A DNA stretch of 64,000 nt from an uncultured Thermotogae bacterium (GTDB lineage: Bacteria; Bipolaricaulota; Bipolaricaulia; RBG-16-55-9): the NCBI GenBank assembly GCA_964567595.1, contig CAZMNF010000004.1:3744-67743 (forward strand), read 5' to 3'. The translations under genes were made by a program, and so were the position numbers. Under the pieces are notes generated by a model. The model was not told the origin of the DNA. It ran no database searches and saw nothing but the letters and a program-made list of their open reading frames with translations. Shown here piece by piece: positions 34,609 to 44,381 of the stretch. The first letter of the stretch is position 1. Every line of letters begins with the position of its first letter.

Positions 34609-35123
34609 GCCCACCTATGGTTGTGGTGTCCGACGCAAGCCCGCTCGTTATCCTGTCCAAGATCGGACACTTCACTCTGCTGAGGGAACTCTTCGCTGAG
34701 ATTCAACTCCCGGAAGCCATCGATGACGAGGTCACCCAAGCGGGCTCGGGCCAACCGGGCAGCCAAGATCTTGCCGATGCCCGCAGCGTTTGGGTAACGG
34801 TGCATCCCACTCCGCTCCCCGAACCGCGTGAACGGCTCAGACAACATCAGGGCCTAAGCCAACAGGATACCTCGGTCATCGTTCTCGCGGAGGCATTGGC
34901 GGCCGATCTTATTCTCGTGGACGAACGTCCCCTGCGAAGGACGGCTCGTGCCAAAGGGTTCACGGTGACCGGCGTCGGCGGGATTCTCCATCGGGCGAAA
35001 CGGGAGAACCTTGTCGCGAGCCTGCATGAGCCGCTCGATCACGCGATCGCCGAAGGCCTTTATCTCTCCGATCCCCTCCGAGACTATCTGTTGCAGCTCG
35101 CTGGAGAAACAGACCAGGACTGA
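34605..35123 (+). CDS. DUF3368 (PIN-like) toxin-type nuclease domain protein
   Basis: ATGA overlap with the upstream gene. The N-terminus MVVVSDASPLVILSKIGHFTLLRELFAEIQLPEAIDDEV matches DUF3368/COG2405 (172 aa). Confidence 0.7.
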   Translation: MSPPMVVVSDASPLVILSKIGHFTLLRELFAEIQLPEAIDDEVTQAGSGQPGSQDLADARSVWVTVHPTPLPEPRERLRQHQGLSQQDTSVIVLAEALAADLILVDERPLRRTARAKGFTVTGVGGILHRAKRENLVASLHEPLDHAIAEGLYLSDPLRDYLLQLAGETDQD

Positions 35124-35124
35124 A

Positions 35125-36333
35125 CTACGCCCCCAACGCCCGATCCAAATCCGCCATCAGGTCCTCGGGATCTTCGATCCCCACCGAAAGTCGGATCAGC
35201 CCGTCGGTGATCCCCTTCGCCTCGCGCTCGGCCTTCGGCGTGATGTAGTTCGTCGTCGAGGCCGGATGCGTGACCAGCGTCTTGACGTCGCCGAGGCTGA
35301 CGGCCTGCGTGCAGATCTCGACGTTGTCGATCAGATCCACGCCCGCTTGATAGCCGCCCTTCAATTCAAAACTCACCATGCCGCCGTAGCCGCCCTTCAT
35401 CTGGCGGCGAGCGGTCTGATGGCCGGGATGGTCGGTCAGCGCCGGATGGAAGACGCGAGCCACCTTCGGGCGATTGTCCAGATGGAAGGCGATCTGCTGG
35501 GCGCCCTCGTTGTGCCGGGCCATGCGGAGCCCGAGCGTCCGGATCCCGCGCAGCGTCAGCCAAGCCGTCATGGGGCTCATGACCCCGCCCAGGTCGCGAT
35601 GCAAGCTCCGAATGTTGTCGACGAGATCGCGACGGCCCATGATCGCCCCGCCGAGCGTGTCACCGTGGCCCGAGAGGTACTTCGTCGTCGCGTGCAGCGC
35701 TAAGTCGATGCCGAGGCTGAGCGGTTGTTGGTTGTAGGGCGTGGCGAAGGTATTGTCGATCATCGTCCAGAGGTCGTGCGCCTGGGCCAGGTCGGCCACC
35801 GCCGCGATGTCGGTGATCTCCAGCGTCGGGTTGCTCGGCGTCTCAATGTAGACGAGCTTCGTCTCGGGGCGAATCGCCTCGGCAACGTTGTCAACGTGGG
35901 TCGGATCGACGAACGTCGTCTCGATCCCCAGTTCCGGCATCTTCCCGTTCAGAAAATGCATCGTGCCGGAGTAGAGCTGGTGCCCCGCCACGACGTGGTC
36001 GCCCTGGCTCAGGGCGGCCATCAGGGACGTCGTGATGGCCGCCATGCCGCTGGAGGTCGCGATGGCGGCTTCGGCCCCTTCGAGCGTCGCCAGCTTGGCC
36101 TCCAGAGCCTCCACCGTCGGGTTGCCCCAGCGGGAGTAGAGATAGACCCCGCGCTCGCCCGACTGGATCCCCTCGGTGACGCGCGCGGTCTCGTCGGACG
36201 AGCCGGGCGCGAACGTGCTGGTCTGATAGATCGGCACGTCGACCGAGCCCGTCGTCGGATCGACGGCCTCGCCGGCGTGGACGGCGTCGGTGTCGAAGCC
36301 CGTCTCGGAGCGCTGATCCGCCCGGTCGGTCAT
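35125..36333 (-). CDS. cystathionine gamma-synthase/gamma-lyase family PLP enzyme (Cys/Met metabolism)
   Basis: 402 aa carrying the PLP-lysine region ATKYLSGHGDTLGGAI and the family motif YSRWGNPT. Its stop lies 1 nt from the DUF3368 stop on the opposite strand. Confidence 0.85.
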   Translation of the reverse strand: MTDRADQRSETGFDTDAVHAGEAVDPTTGSVDVPIYQTSTFAPGSSDETARVTEGIQSGERGVYLYSRWGNPTVEALEAKLATLEGAEAAIATSSGMAAITTSLMAALSQGDHVVAGHQLYSGTMHFLNGKMPELGIETTFVDPTHVDNVAEAIRPETKLVYIETPSNPTLEITDIAAVADLAQAHDLWTMIDNTFATPYNQQPLSLGIDLALHATTKYLSGHGDTLGGAIMGRRDLVDNIRSLHRDLGGVMSPMTAWLTLRGIRTLGLRMARHNEGAQQIAFHLDNRPKVARVFHPALTDHPGHQTARRQMKGGYGGMVSFELKGGYQAGVDLIDNVEICTQAVSLGDVKTLVTHPASTTNYITPKAEREAKGITDGLIRLSVGIEDPEDLMADLDRALGA

Positions 36334-37493
36334 GCCAGCACCTTTCGCAGTCGCTGGAGCCCTTCCTCGATCTCCGCCATCGAGGCGGCATAGGAGAAGC
36401 GCACATGCCCGTCACGGCCGAACGCCAACCCGGTGACGGTCACGAGCCCGGCCTCCTCCAACAGATGCGTGGCGAACGCCGTGGCGTCGGGGATGTCGTC
36501 CGTCAGGTGGTCGCTGATGTCGGGGAAAACGTAGAACGCCCCCTGGGGCGTGTTGCACGACACGCCCGGCAGCTCGTTCAGCCCCTCGACGATGACGTCG
36601 CGGCGCTCGCGATAGGCGCCGATCATGTCCGCGACACACGACTGATCGCCCGTGAGGGCCTCCACGGCCGCTTTCTGCGCGATGGAGGTCGGGTTGGAGG
36701 TCGACTGGCTCTGGATCTTCTCCATGGCTTTGATGACTTCCGAGGGACCCGCTGCCCAGCCGACCCGCCAGCCCGTCATGGCATACGTCTTGGAGCACGA
36801 TCCGACGATGATCACGTGGTCGTCCTCGAACTCGGCCGCCGACAAGGGCTGGCCCTCGTAGATGAAGCGCTCGTAGGTCTCGTCGGAAATGAGATACGCG
36901 TCGTGCTCGCGCGCCAACTCGACCATCTTTCCCAGCTCGTCGCGCTCGATGACCGCGCCCGAGGGGTTGTTCGGAAAATTGAGGATGATCAGTTTGGTGC
37001 GCTCGTTCAGCACGGATGCCAGGTCGTCAGCCGTGATGGCAAACTCCTGGTCAGACGAGGGATCGACTTGGACGACCTCCGCACCGCAGAGCACCGCCTG
37101 TTGCGGGAACGTGACCCAGTAGGGCGCGGGCAGCACGACCTCGTCGCCGTCGTCGAGCAGCGCCAGCGCCGCGTTGAACAGCGCCTGCTTGCCGCCGACG
37201 CTGATCACGACCTCGGTCCGGGGATCGAACGACGCGCCCGAGTCGCGCTCGTACTTCGTCGCCACGGCCTCGCGCAGCTCGGCGATGCCGCCGGCGCTCG
37301 TGTAGCCCGTAAAGTTGTCGTCGATCGCGCGTTGGGCAGCTCGTTTGATGTGATCGGGGGTCGGAAAATCGGGCTCGCCGATGCCGAAGTTGACGAGCTT
37401 GGCGCCCTCGGCCCGCAGCTCCGCCGCGCGGGCCTGCACGGCCATCGTCGCGGAGGGCGCAAGGCGGGAGACGCGTTGGGACAGGGCCGGCAT
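36330..37493 (-). CDS. aspartate aminotransferase (class I/II aminotransferase)
   Basis: Start at ATG 37493, 9 nt after AAGGAG. Motifs are NPSGAV, SCSKTYAMTGWRVGW (PLP Lys) and GEPDFPTP. There is a 4-bp overlap with the downstream gene. Confidence 0.85.
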   Translation of the reverse strand: MPALSQRVSRLAPSATMAVQARAAELRAEGAKLVNFGIGEPDFPTPDHIKRAAQRAIDDNFTGYTSAGGIAELREAVATKYERDSGASFDPRTEVVISVGGKQALFNAALALLDDGDEVVLPAPYWVTFPQQAVLCGAEVVQVDPSSDQEFAITADDLASVLNERTKLIILNFPNNPSGAVIERDELGKMVELAREHDAYLISDETYERFIYEGQPLSAAEFEDDHVIIVGSCSKTYAMTGWRVGWAAGPSEVIKAMEKIQSQSTSNPTSIAQKAAVEALTGDQSCVADMIGAYRERRDVIVEGLNELPGVSCNTPQGAFYVFPDISDHLTDDIPDATAFATHLLEEAGLVTVTGLAFGRDGHVRFSYAASMAEIEEGLQRLRKVLA

Positions 37494-37672
37494 GGGCATC
37501 CACTCCTTGGGCAAAACTCGGAAAACAAATATTGTAGCCAGGCTGCTTGCAGACCGTCAACGCGACACGACCGCTCGGCTCTGTGACCGAGGTAACGTAC
37601 GCGCGCGCTGACGACGTCCTAGACTGCGTCCGGTTTGCACCCGACAAAGCATGCGTTAGGAGGCAAGTGACC

Positions 37673-38539
37673 ATGCAGGAAACTCCCAACCTTCCCGTCT
37701 CCCTGATTTTGGCGTTGTTGCTCGGCACGGGCGTCGTCGCGGCATCCGACTCGCTGGGCGTCAGCGTGTCCGTGCCCTTCGACGCCGAGGGTGTCGCCTC
37801 GGAGCAGGCGTCGTTCGTCGGCTCCGCCGAGGGCAGCTACGAGGGCGTCGGCCTGGAGGCGCGCGCCGTCATGGGCCTGACCGGGCTCAACACCGCCACG
37901 CTGAGCGCAAACACGGCATTCGAGGGCGCCGACGTCTCCGCCAGCACGAACTTCACCATGGACGGGTTCGCCTCAGCGAACATCCAATTGGCTCGCACCG
38001 TCGACCAGTTCAACCTGTCCGCGACGACCGTGGTCGGTCCGCAAGGGTTCGGCAGCGCGACGTTCGAAGGGGCCACCCGTACCGCCGAGGGCGTGTCGCT
38101 ATCGTCCAGCACGACGATCACGCCCGACGGCTTCTCCCAGGAGGTCTTAACGCTGGGACTCGCCGTGAGCGGCCTGTCGGTCTCGCGCACGACCGTCGTC
38201 ACGGACGGCGGCCTTGCGCAAGAGCGCTGGGACATGCGCGCGAGCGTCGGGGACTATCAGCTGAGCCGCACGTCGGTCTACACCTCGGACGGGTTCTCCC
38301 GCGAGCGCATCGAGGTCGCCACGGCAATGGCGGGCACGGACCTCAGCCTGACCTCCGACTTCGGCACGGAAGGCCTGTCCACCGTGACGCTGCAGGCGCA
38401 GCGGCCCATCGACCGGGTCAACGTCTCGAGCGAGTTCATCCTGGCCCCGAGCGGCTTCCAGGGCGGCTCGATCCTGTTCAACTCGAGCTTTGACGGGCTC
38501 GGGCTGATCGGCGGCGCCCCCGAAGCCGACGCCGAGTAA
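37673..38539 (+). CDS. secreted Ser/Thr/Gly-rich protein with degenerate ~35-aa tandem repeats
   Basis: ATG 37673 follows AGGAGG, with the signal peptide MQETPNLPVSLILALLLGTGVVAA. A recurring T..DGF(S/A).E.....L..S..TVV repeat appears at least 5 times. The ORF-track start at 37547 is an extension. Confidence 0.5.
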   Translation: MQETPNLPVSLILALLLGTGVVAASDSLGVSVSVPFDAEGVASEQASFVGSAEGSYEGVGLEARAVMGLTGLNTATLSANTAFEGADVSASTNFTMDGFASANIQLARTVDQFNLSATTVVGPQGFGSATFEGATRTAEGVSLSSSTTITPDGFSQEVLTLGLAVSGLSVSRTTVVTDGGLAQERWDMRASVGDYQLSRTSVYTSDGFSRERIEVATAMAGTDLSLTSDFGTEGLSTVTLQAQRPIDRVNVSSEFILAPSGFQGGSILFNSSFDGLGLIGGAPEADAE

Positions 38540-38575
38540 TCCCCGTCCAAGCACGAAAGCGAGGAGGGCGGGTCG

Positions 38576-40387
38576 CTACCGCCGGCCGAACGCGCGTTCC
38601 AACTCGGCCAGCGGGTAGTGGAGCACGATGGGGCGGCCGTGCGGACAGCGGTACGGGTTGTCCAGGGTCCGCAGCTCGGCCACCAACTGACCCATCTCGG
38701 CCTCCGATAGCCGGGTGTGCTGGACCACGGCCGCCCCGCACGCTCGATCGGCCGCCAACGCTTTGGCGAGCGCTTCGGGATCAAGCTCGGCCTCATGGGC
38801 CAGCGTTGCCATCAGCCGTTCCAACGTTGCACGCACGTCGTCCTTCGTCAGGTCTTTGGCGAAGACGTCGGGCCAGTCGCGCACGACGAACGTCCCACCG
38901 CCGAACGGCTCCAGGCCGATGCCCATCTCGCGATCCAGGGTTTCAACGTGAGGTTCCAACCGCTCAGCCTCGTCAGCTGAGAGCTCCAGCGTCATGGGAA
39001 TCAGCAGCCGCTGGCGGCGGATCTCGCCCTGAGTCATCTGCTTCAGGAAACGCTCGTAGAGGATCCGCTCATGAGCGACGTGCTGATCGATCAACTCCAA
39101 CCCTTCGTCGGTCTGGACCAAGAGATACGTCCCGTGGAGCTGGCCGATGACGCGATCGGCGCTCTCCTCGCTCGAGGGATCGGACGGCGCCGAGGCCGAC
39201 GATGGGTCTTGCCGTTGGGGGGGCGCGTCCTCGGTCGATACGTCTGGCGAGGCGGCCTGCGCGTCGCTGATGGCTTTGCGCAGGTCGAACGAGCGCGGCA
39301 CGTTGCTCGGCTTCGCGTCAAGTTGGCGCTTGGCGGGCGGCGCCGAGCCGGGCGGCTCGCCGGCGACAGCGTTCGGGGCAGGGATCGACGTCTGCGCGCC
39401 GCCCCTTAGCAGCGCATCGCTGACGGCCCGTTTCAGTTCGCCCTGGACCGTGCGCACGTCGGCAAAGCGAACCTCTTCCTTCTTGGGATGAACGTTGACA
39501 TCCACCTGCTCGGGATCGACGCGCAGGAACAGAACCGCGATCGGGTGGCGGTCCTTATCGATCAACCCCTCGTACGCGCGCTTGAGGGCGTACCCGAGCG
39601 CGGCGTCGCGGACGTAGCGCCCATTGACGAAGAGGAATTGCTCGTTGCGGTCGGTGCGCGTCCGATCCGCGGGCGCGACGAAGCCGTGGACGCGGGCGCT
39701 CTCGCCCTCGGAACGGGCCTCCACGAGCGCCTTGGCGAGGCTCGCGTCGTAGAGATGAGCGATGGCGTCGCGGGTGTCGCGCGCGGGCGGCGACTCCAGG
39801 ACCGTCTTGGCTCCGCTCGTCAGCTTGAAGTGGACGTGGGGATATGCCAGCGCGAACCGCTTGACCGCCCGCGAGATGTGCATGGACTCCGTCCGTTCGG
39901 TCTTGAGGAATTTCCGACGGGCCGGCGTGTTGAAGAACAGCTCGCGGATCTCGATCGTCGTGCCGGGGCGGCGGCCCTCCGAGCGCGGCTCGCCGACGAC
40001 GCCGCCGTCGACGTCAACGCGCGTGGCCGCCTCGTCATCCGCGCTTCGCGACGTGATCGTCGCCCGGGAGACCTCGACGATGCTGGCGAGCGCCTCACCG
40101 CGGAAGCCGAGCGTGTCGATGCGCTCGAGGTCCCGCTCGGTGCGGATCTTGCTCGTCGTGTGGCGCCGGATCGCCAACAATAAGTCCTCGCTCGTCATCC
40201 CGGCGCCGTCGTCGACGATCTGGATCCGGTCGATGCCGCCGCTGTCGACGGCGATCTCAATGCGCCCGCTGCCCGCGTCGAGGCTGTTCTCAATGAGTTC
40301 CTTGACGACGGACGCCGGCCGTTCGATGACCTCGCCGGCGGCGATCTTGTTGACCAGGTGCGCGTCGAGCTCCTCGATGCGCGTCAC
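38576..40387 (-). CDS. mutL: DNA mismatch repair protein MutL
   Basis: GTG start 8 nt after GGAGGAG, overlapping the CorC stop (GTGA). The GHKL ATPase motif is KIAAGEVIERPASVVKELIENSLDAG, followed by the transducer and C-terminal dimerisation domains. Confidence 0.9.
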   Translation of the reverse strand: MTRIEELDAHLVNKIAAGEVIERPASVVKELIENSLDAGSGRIEIAVDSGGIDRIQIVDDGAGMTSEDLLLAIRRHTTSKIRTERDLERIDTLGFRGEALASIVEVSRATITSRSADDEAATRVDVDGGVVGEPRSEGRRPGTTIEIRELFFNTPARRKFLKTERTESMHISRAVKRFALAYPHVHFKLTSGAKTVLESPPARDTRDAIAHLYDASLAKALVEARSEGESARVHGFVAPADRTRTDRNEQFLFVNGRYVRDAALGYALKRAYEGLIDKDRHPIAVLFLRVDPEQVDVNVHPKKEEVRFADVRTVQGELKRAVSDALLRGGAQTSIPAPNAVAGEPPGSAPPAKRQLDAKPSNVPRSFDLRKAISDAQAASPDVSTEDAPPQRQDPSSASAPSDPSSEESADRVIGQLHGTYLLVQTDEGLELIDQHVAHERILYERFLKQMTQGEIRRQRLLIPMTLELSADEAERLEPHVETLDREMGIGLEPFGGGTFVVRDWPDVFAKDLTKDDVRATLERLMATLAHEAELDPEALAKALAADRACGAAVVQHTRLSEAEMGQLVAELRTLDNPYRCPHGRPIVLHYPLAELERAFGRR

Positions 40388-41760
40388 TCCTCGAACTCCT
40401 CCTCCAGCTGCTCCTCGAGCGTCGGCGGCTCCGGCGTGGCGAGGACCTTGTCGACGCGATGGCCGTCCATATCCATCACCTCGAAGTGCCACTGGCCCCA
40501 GTCGAAGACTTGGCCCTCCTGCGGGATGTCCTCCAGGCGCAACACGACGAACCCGGCCAGCGTTTCGTAATTGTGCCGTTCTTCCTCAGGCACGTCGGGA
40601 AGCCCCAGCAGATCCTTCAATTCCTCAATGGGGAGCATGCCGTCCAGGAGCCAGGAGCCGTCGTCGCGGCGGGTGGCGCGCGGCTCGGCCGGGCTCTCGG
40701 CCATGGGCAGCTCGCCCACGATCGCCTCCATGAGGTCGTTGAGCGTCACGAGCCCCTCGATGCCGCCGTGTTCGTCGACCACCAACGCCAAGTGAGTGCG
40801 CGCGTGTTTGAACCGATCCAGGACCTTGAGCGCCGACATCGTCTCCGGAACGAACAGCGGCTGGCGCAACGCCCGCTCCAAATCTAGGCGTTGGCCGGCC
40901 AGGTTGCGGTCAAGCAGCTCCTTCGCCTTCACGATTCCCTGGATGCCGTCCAGGCTCTCGCGGGCGACCGGGAAGCGCGAAAACCCGGTCTCTTGGATCC
41001 GATCCAGGTTATCATCGAGGGAGTGCTCCAGGTCGAGCCAGACGATCTCGGTCCGCGGGGTCATGAGCGCGCCGACGCGCTGCTCGCGGAGCCGGAGCAC
41101 GCTGTCGACCATGGCCTCCTCCCGCTCGGCCAGGACGCCCGCGTCGCGGCTGGAGTCCATCAGCGTCTTCAGCTCGTCGATGGAGTGGACGAGGCTGTGC
41201 TCGCTGGCGGGCCGCAGGCCGAAGCCGCGCAACAGCAAGTTCCCCAGCCCGTTGAGTCCCATGATCGCGGGCCGGAAGATCTTCAGATAGATCTCCAAGG
41301 GCCGCGCGGTCCAGAGCGCGGTCCGCTCGGACAGCTGAATGGCCAAGCTCTTGGGCGCCAGCTCGCCCAGCACGATGTGGAGCGTCGTGATGATCGAAAA
41401 CGCCACGGCGATCGCCAGCCCGTGGGCGCCAACGTTGGCCCAGGGCGTCGGAAGCGCAGCGAACAAGGGCTCGATCAGATGGGCCAACGCGGGCTCGCCG
41501 ATCCAACCGAGCGCCAGCGACGCCATGGTGATGCCGAGCTGGCAGGCGGCCAGGTAGGCGTCCAAGTTCCGCGTGCCGCGCTCGACGGCTCCCGACATCG
41601 GTACGCCGTCCTCGACGAGCTGGGCCACGCGGCTGCGCCGCACCGACACGAGCGCGAACTCGGCGGCCACAAAGAAGCCGTTGGCCAACGCCAACACCAG
41701 CACGGCAACAAGCTTGAAGCCGGTCAATAAAGCACCTGACGGATCCTCCAACGCACTCAC
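40384..41760 (-). CDS. CNNM/CorC-HlyC family transporter (DUF21-CBS pair-CorC_HlyC)
   Basis: 458 aa with 4 N-terminal TM helices (DUF21), tandem CBS domains, and the C-terminal transporter-associated domain (GQWHFEVMDMDGHRVDKV). Confidence 0.85.
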   Translation of the reverse strand: MSALEDPSGALLTGFKLVAVLVLALANGFFVAAEFALVSVRRSRVAQLVEDGVPMSGAVERGTRNLDAYLAACQLGITMASLALGWIGEPALAHLIEPLFAALPTPWANVGAHGLAIAVAFSIITTLHIVLGELAPKSLAIQLSERTALWTARPLEIYLKIFRPAIMGLNGLGNLLLRGFGLRPASEHSLVHSIDELKTLMDSSRDAGVLAEREEAMVDSVLRLREQRVGALMTPRTEIVWLDLEHSLDDNLDRIQETGFSRFPVARESLDGIQGIVKAKELLDRNLAGQRLDLERALRQPLFVPETMSALKVLDRFKHARTHLALVVDEHGGIEGLVTLNDLMEAIVGELPMAESPAEPRATRRDDGSWLLDGMLPIEELKDLLGLPDVPEEERHNYETLAGFVVLRLEDIPQEGQVFDWGQWHFEVMDMDGHRVDKVLATPEPPTLEEQLEEEFEE

Positions 41761-41827
41761 CTCACGGGTGGATTGTCTCTGAAGCTTACCGAGTCCGCGG
41801 TTGGCCTGTAAACGGGCCGCGGGGTTG

Positions 41828-41938
41828 GGCTACTGATCACCGCGAAAGAAAGGTCAAGCGATTGCCGCTACGTAGGCGAAACCTGCGGGCATTGGGTAAC
41901 CCTACTTGTGCAGTGGTCAATAACAACACCAAGCGGCA
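41828..41938 (+). repeat. ~105-nt repeated intergenic element, copy B (between MFS stop and CorC start)
   Basis: ctactgatcaccgcgaaagaaaggtcaagcgattgccgctacgtaggcg...gtgcagtggtcaataacaacacc is ~75% identical to 32272..32380 in the same orientation. It is antisense to the flanking minus-strand genes. Confidence 0.6.
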
Positions 41939-43135
41939 TTAGGGCTGGACCGGTTGCAACGCTGCCGGCCGCCTCAGCGTCAACAGGACGGTCAATATCA
42001 ACGCGCTGAGCGTGACCGCCCCGAGGGCCCAACCGACGCTCGACCAGGCGTCGGCGAGCACGCCGACGACGTTGACGAGCAGGCTTGCCATGCCCCAGGC
42101 GAAGCCCATGACGACGGCCGACGCTGTCCCCGTTTGCGCCGGCAGGAGCTCTTGGGCTTGGGTGACGATGACGGGGTTGCTGGCGTTGAGCAACCCGCCG
42201 CCCAATAGCAACAGCAGCAGCGAAACGGCGCCGCTCGAGGCCAGAAAGCCGAGCGTGGCCGCCATGCCGAGCGTCAGCGCGCCGACGGTCACGGGCCAGC
42301 GGCCCCAGCGGTCCGAGACGTAACCGCCGGCGATTCCGCCTAGCGCCGCCATGAAGACAAACCCGAACAGCGCCAGGTTGCCCGCCAGATAATCCAGGCC
42401 GCGGGTCTCCAACAGGATGACGACGAAGCCAAGCACGCCCAGATGGACGGTATGCCGCAGCACGACCAGCCCCCAGAGCCTTGCCAGCGGCGCCCAGGGC
42501 AGGTCCGGACGGCGCAGCGACAGGCCCGGGCTCCGCGACGTCGTCCCGTCGGCGGTCGAGGCCGACCGGAACGGCCAATGGCAGAGCCAGAACGTCGTGC
42601 CCAACGCGGCCAGCGGCAGCAGCGCCAAGGGGCTCTGTGCGACGCCCCAGCGGTCGATGAACAGCCCCATCAGCGCCGGTCCGAGCGCAAACCCGACCGT
42701 CCCGCCGGCGACGAACAGCGACACGGCGAGTCCGCGGCGCGCCCCGCCGAGCTGGCCCGCGCCCGCGGCGCCGCTCGGGTGGAACGCGGCCGTCCCCAGC
42801 GAGGCCCCCAACAGCGCGACCACCACGAGCGCGTAGCTCGGCATCACCCCGACCAGGCTCATGAACGCGCCCGTCACGAGCGGCCCGATCAGCGCAAACG
42901 GCACGGCCGGCCAGCGGTCGGCGAGCCAGCCGAAGCCGATCTGGAGGAACGACCCGGCCGCATGGAACGTCGACAGCAGCACCGCCGTCATGGTGTAGTT
43001 CAGCTCGAAGGTCGACTTGAGCACGGGCAGGAAGCTGGGCAGGAAGTTGGCGTAGAGGTCGTTCGTGAAGTGGGCCAGCAACAACCCGACGAGCGGGAGC
43101 GTGCCGGTCGAAACGGCAGTCGAGGAACGGCTCAT
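41939..43135 (-). CDS. MFS transporter
   Basis: 398 aa with 12 predicted TM helices and MFS-like loop motifs. Confidence 0.8.
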   Translation of the reverse strand: MSRSSTAVSTGTLPLVGLLLAHFTNDLYANFLPSFLPVLKSTFELNYTMTAVLLSTFHAAGSFLQIGFGWLADRWPAVPFALIGPLVTGAFMSLVGVMPSYALVVVALLGASLGTAAFHPSGAAGAGQLGGARRGLAVSLFVAGGTVGFALGPALMGLFIDRWGVAQSPLALLPLAALGTTFWLCHWPFRSASTADGTTSRSPGLSLRRPDLPWAPLARLWGLVVLRHTVHLGVLGFVVILLETRGLDYLAGNLALFGFVFMAALGGIAGGYVSDRWGRWPVTVGALTLGMAATLGFLASSGAVSLLLLLLGGGLLNASNPVIVTQAQELLPAQTGTASAVVMGFAWGMASLLVNVVGVLADAWSSVGWALGAVTLSALILTVLLTLRRPAALQPVQP

Positions 43136-43175
43136 AATCGAACGAATCTAGGTCCGTGACTTGGCCCTCACAACC

Positions 43176-44381
43176 TCAGCGCCGCACGGCGAACAGCCGC
43201 TCCATGAGCTGGTGGCCATGCTCGATGAAGATGCCGGTGTCGCGCGCAGCCCGCTCGTGATAGCGCTCCGCTCCGGCGGCAAACGACGCATCCGAACGGT
43301 GCAGCACGAACGGCACGGGATCGGCCGTGTGGACGCGCGTCGTCAAGGACGTCGGATGATCGGGCAGCACCAGGACAGCCGCGTCCTTGAAGTCCCCGAG
43401 GCCATCGACGATTGGCCCGACGATGCGGGCATCGAAATCCTGGATCGCCCGTAGCTTCTTGTCGAGGTCTCCCTCGTGGCTCACCTCGTCGGGCGCCTCC
43501 ACATGGACGAGAACGAGGTCGTCGCCCTCGCGAAGCACCTCCAGCGCCCCGCCGGCCTTGGCCTCGTAGTTCGTGTCGATATACCCCGTCATACCGGGAA
43601 CCTCGATAATGTCCAACCCCGCCAACGCGCCCAAGCCACGCACGATATCGACCGCCGAGATCACTGATCCCTCCAACTCGAATCGCTCGGGAATCGTCGG
43701 CAGCGACGGACTCGGGCCGGCCCCCCAGAGCCAAATCGCGTTGGCGTCGGTGCTGTGGTCGAGGTTGGCCAGGGCAGCCCGACCTCGATCCATCAGCTCG
43801 CGCAACGCTCGCGCGCCCTCGGCGTCGCTCGGCTGCGGCAGATGGGATTCGATCGGCTCGCCGGGAATGTCGTGAGGGCCGACGAAGGTCAAGTCCCTCA
43901 TCAATTCGGCCCCATCGCGCCAGACGAGCAAGTGGCGGTACCCGACGCCTTGGTGGAGTTCGATCCCATCGGTCTGCAGCTCCCGTTTGAGCGCCCGGAC
44001 CAGCGGCTGGGCCTGTTGGTCGGTGAGGTGGCCGCCGCTGTGGTCAACCATGACGGTCTGGTCCTCGCGGTCATCGAGCGTCACCAGGTTGCAACGGATG
44101 GCGACGTCGTCGGGGCCGAGCTCGATCCCTTGGCTGGCAGCCTCGATGGGCGCCCGCCCCGTGAAGTAGACGTCCGGATCGTAGCCGAGAATGCTCAGGT
44201 GGCCGATGTCGCTTCCCGAGGTGAAGCCACCGGGAATGGTCCGAACCATCCCCATCAGGCTCGCATGTTGGGCGAGCGCATCCATGCGCGGCGTTTCGGC
44301 GACCTCCAAGGGCGTCCGCCCGTTGAGCGCTTCAACGGGATCGTCGGCGATGCCGTCGCCGACCAGGATGACGTACTTCAT
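43176..44381 (-). CDS. apgM: 2,3-bisphosphoglycerate-independent phosphoglycerate mutase, archaeal-type
   Basis: Start at ATG 44381 ([16 protein letters not shown]...), overlapping the thrC stop (ATGA). It has metalloenzyme-superfamily motifs typical of ApgM (…DHSGGHLT…, …[14 protein letters not shown]…). The 439-aa ORF-track form is an Arg/Gly-rich extension. Confidence 0.8.
   Translation of the reverse strand: MKYVILVGDGIADDPVEALNGRTPLEVAETPRMDALAQHASLMGMVRTIPGGFTSGSDIGHLSILGYDPDVYFTGRAPIEAASQGIELGPDDVAIRCNLVTLDDREDQTVMVDHSGGHLTDQQAQPLVRALKRELQTDGIELHQGVGYRHLLVWRDGAELMRDLTFVGPHDIPGEPIESHLPQPSDAEGARALRELMDRGRAALANLDHSTDANAIWLWGAGPSPSLPTIPERFELEGSVISAVDIVRGLGALAGLDIIEVPGMTGYIDTNYEAKAGGALEVLREGDDLVLVHVEAPDEVSHEGDLDKKLRAIQDFDARIVGPIVDGLGDFKDAAVLVLPDHPTSLTTRVHTADPVPFVLHRSDASFAAGAERYHERAARDTGIFIEHGHQLMERLFAVRR

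Noticed and set aside
32180-35124. Integrase/recombinase or phage genes associated with the islet
   Set aside because: None present. The only recombinase-like gene is the IS transposase, so I do not call a prophage or integrative conjugative element.
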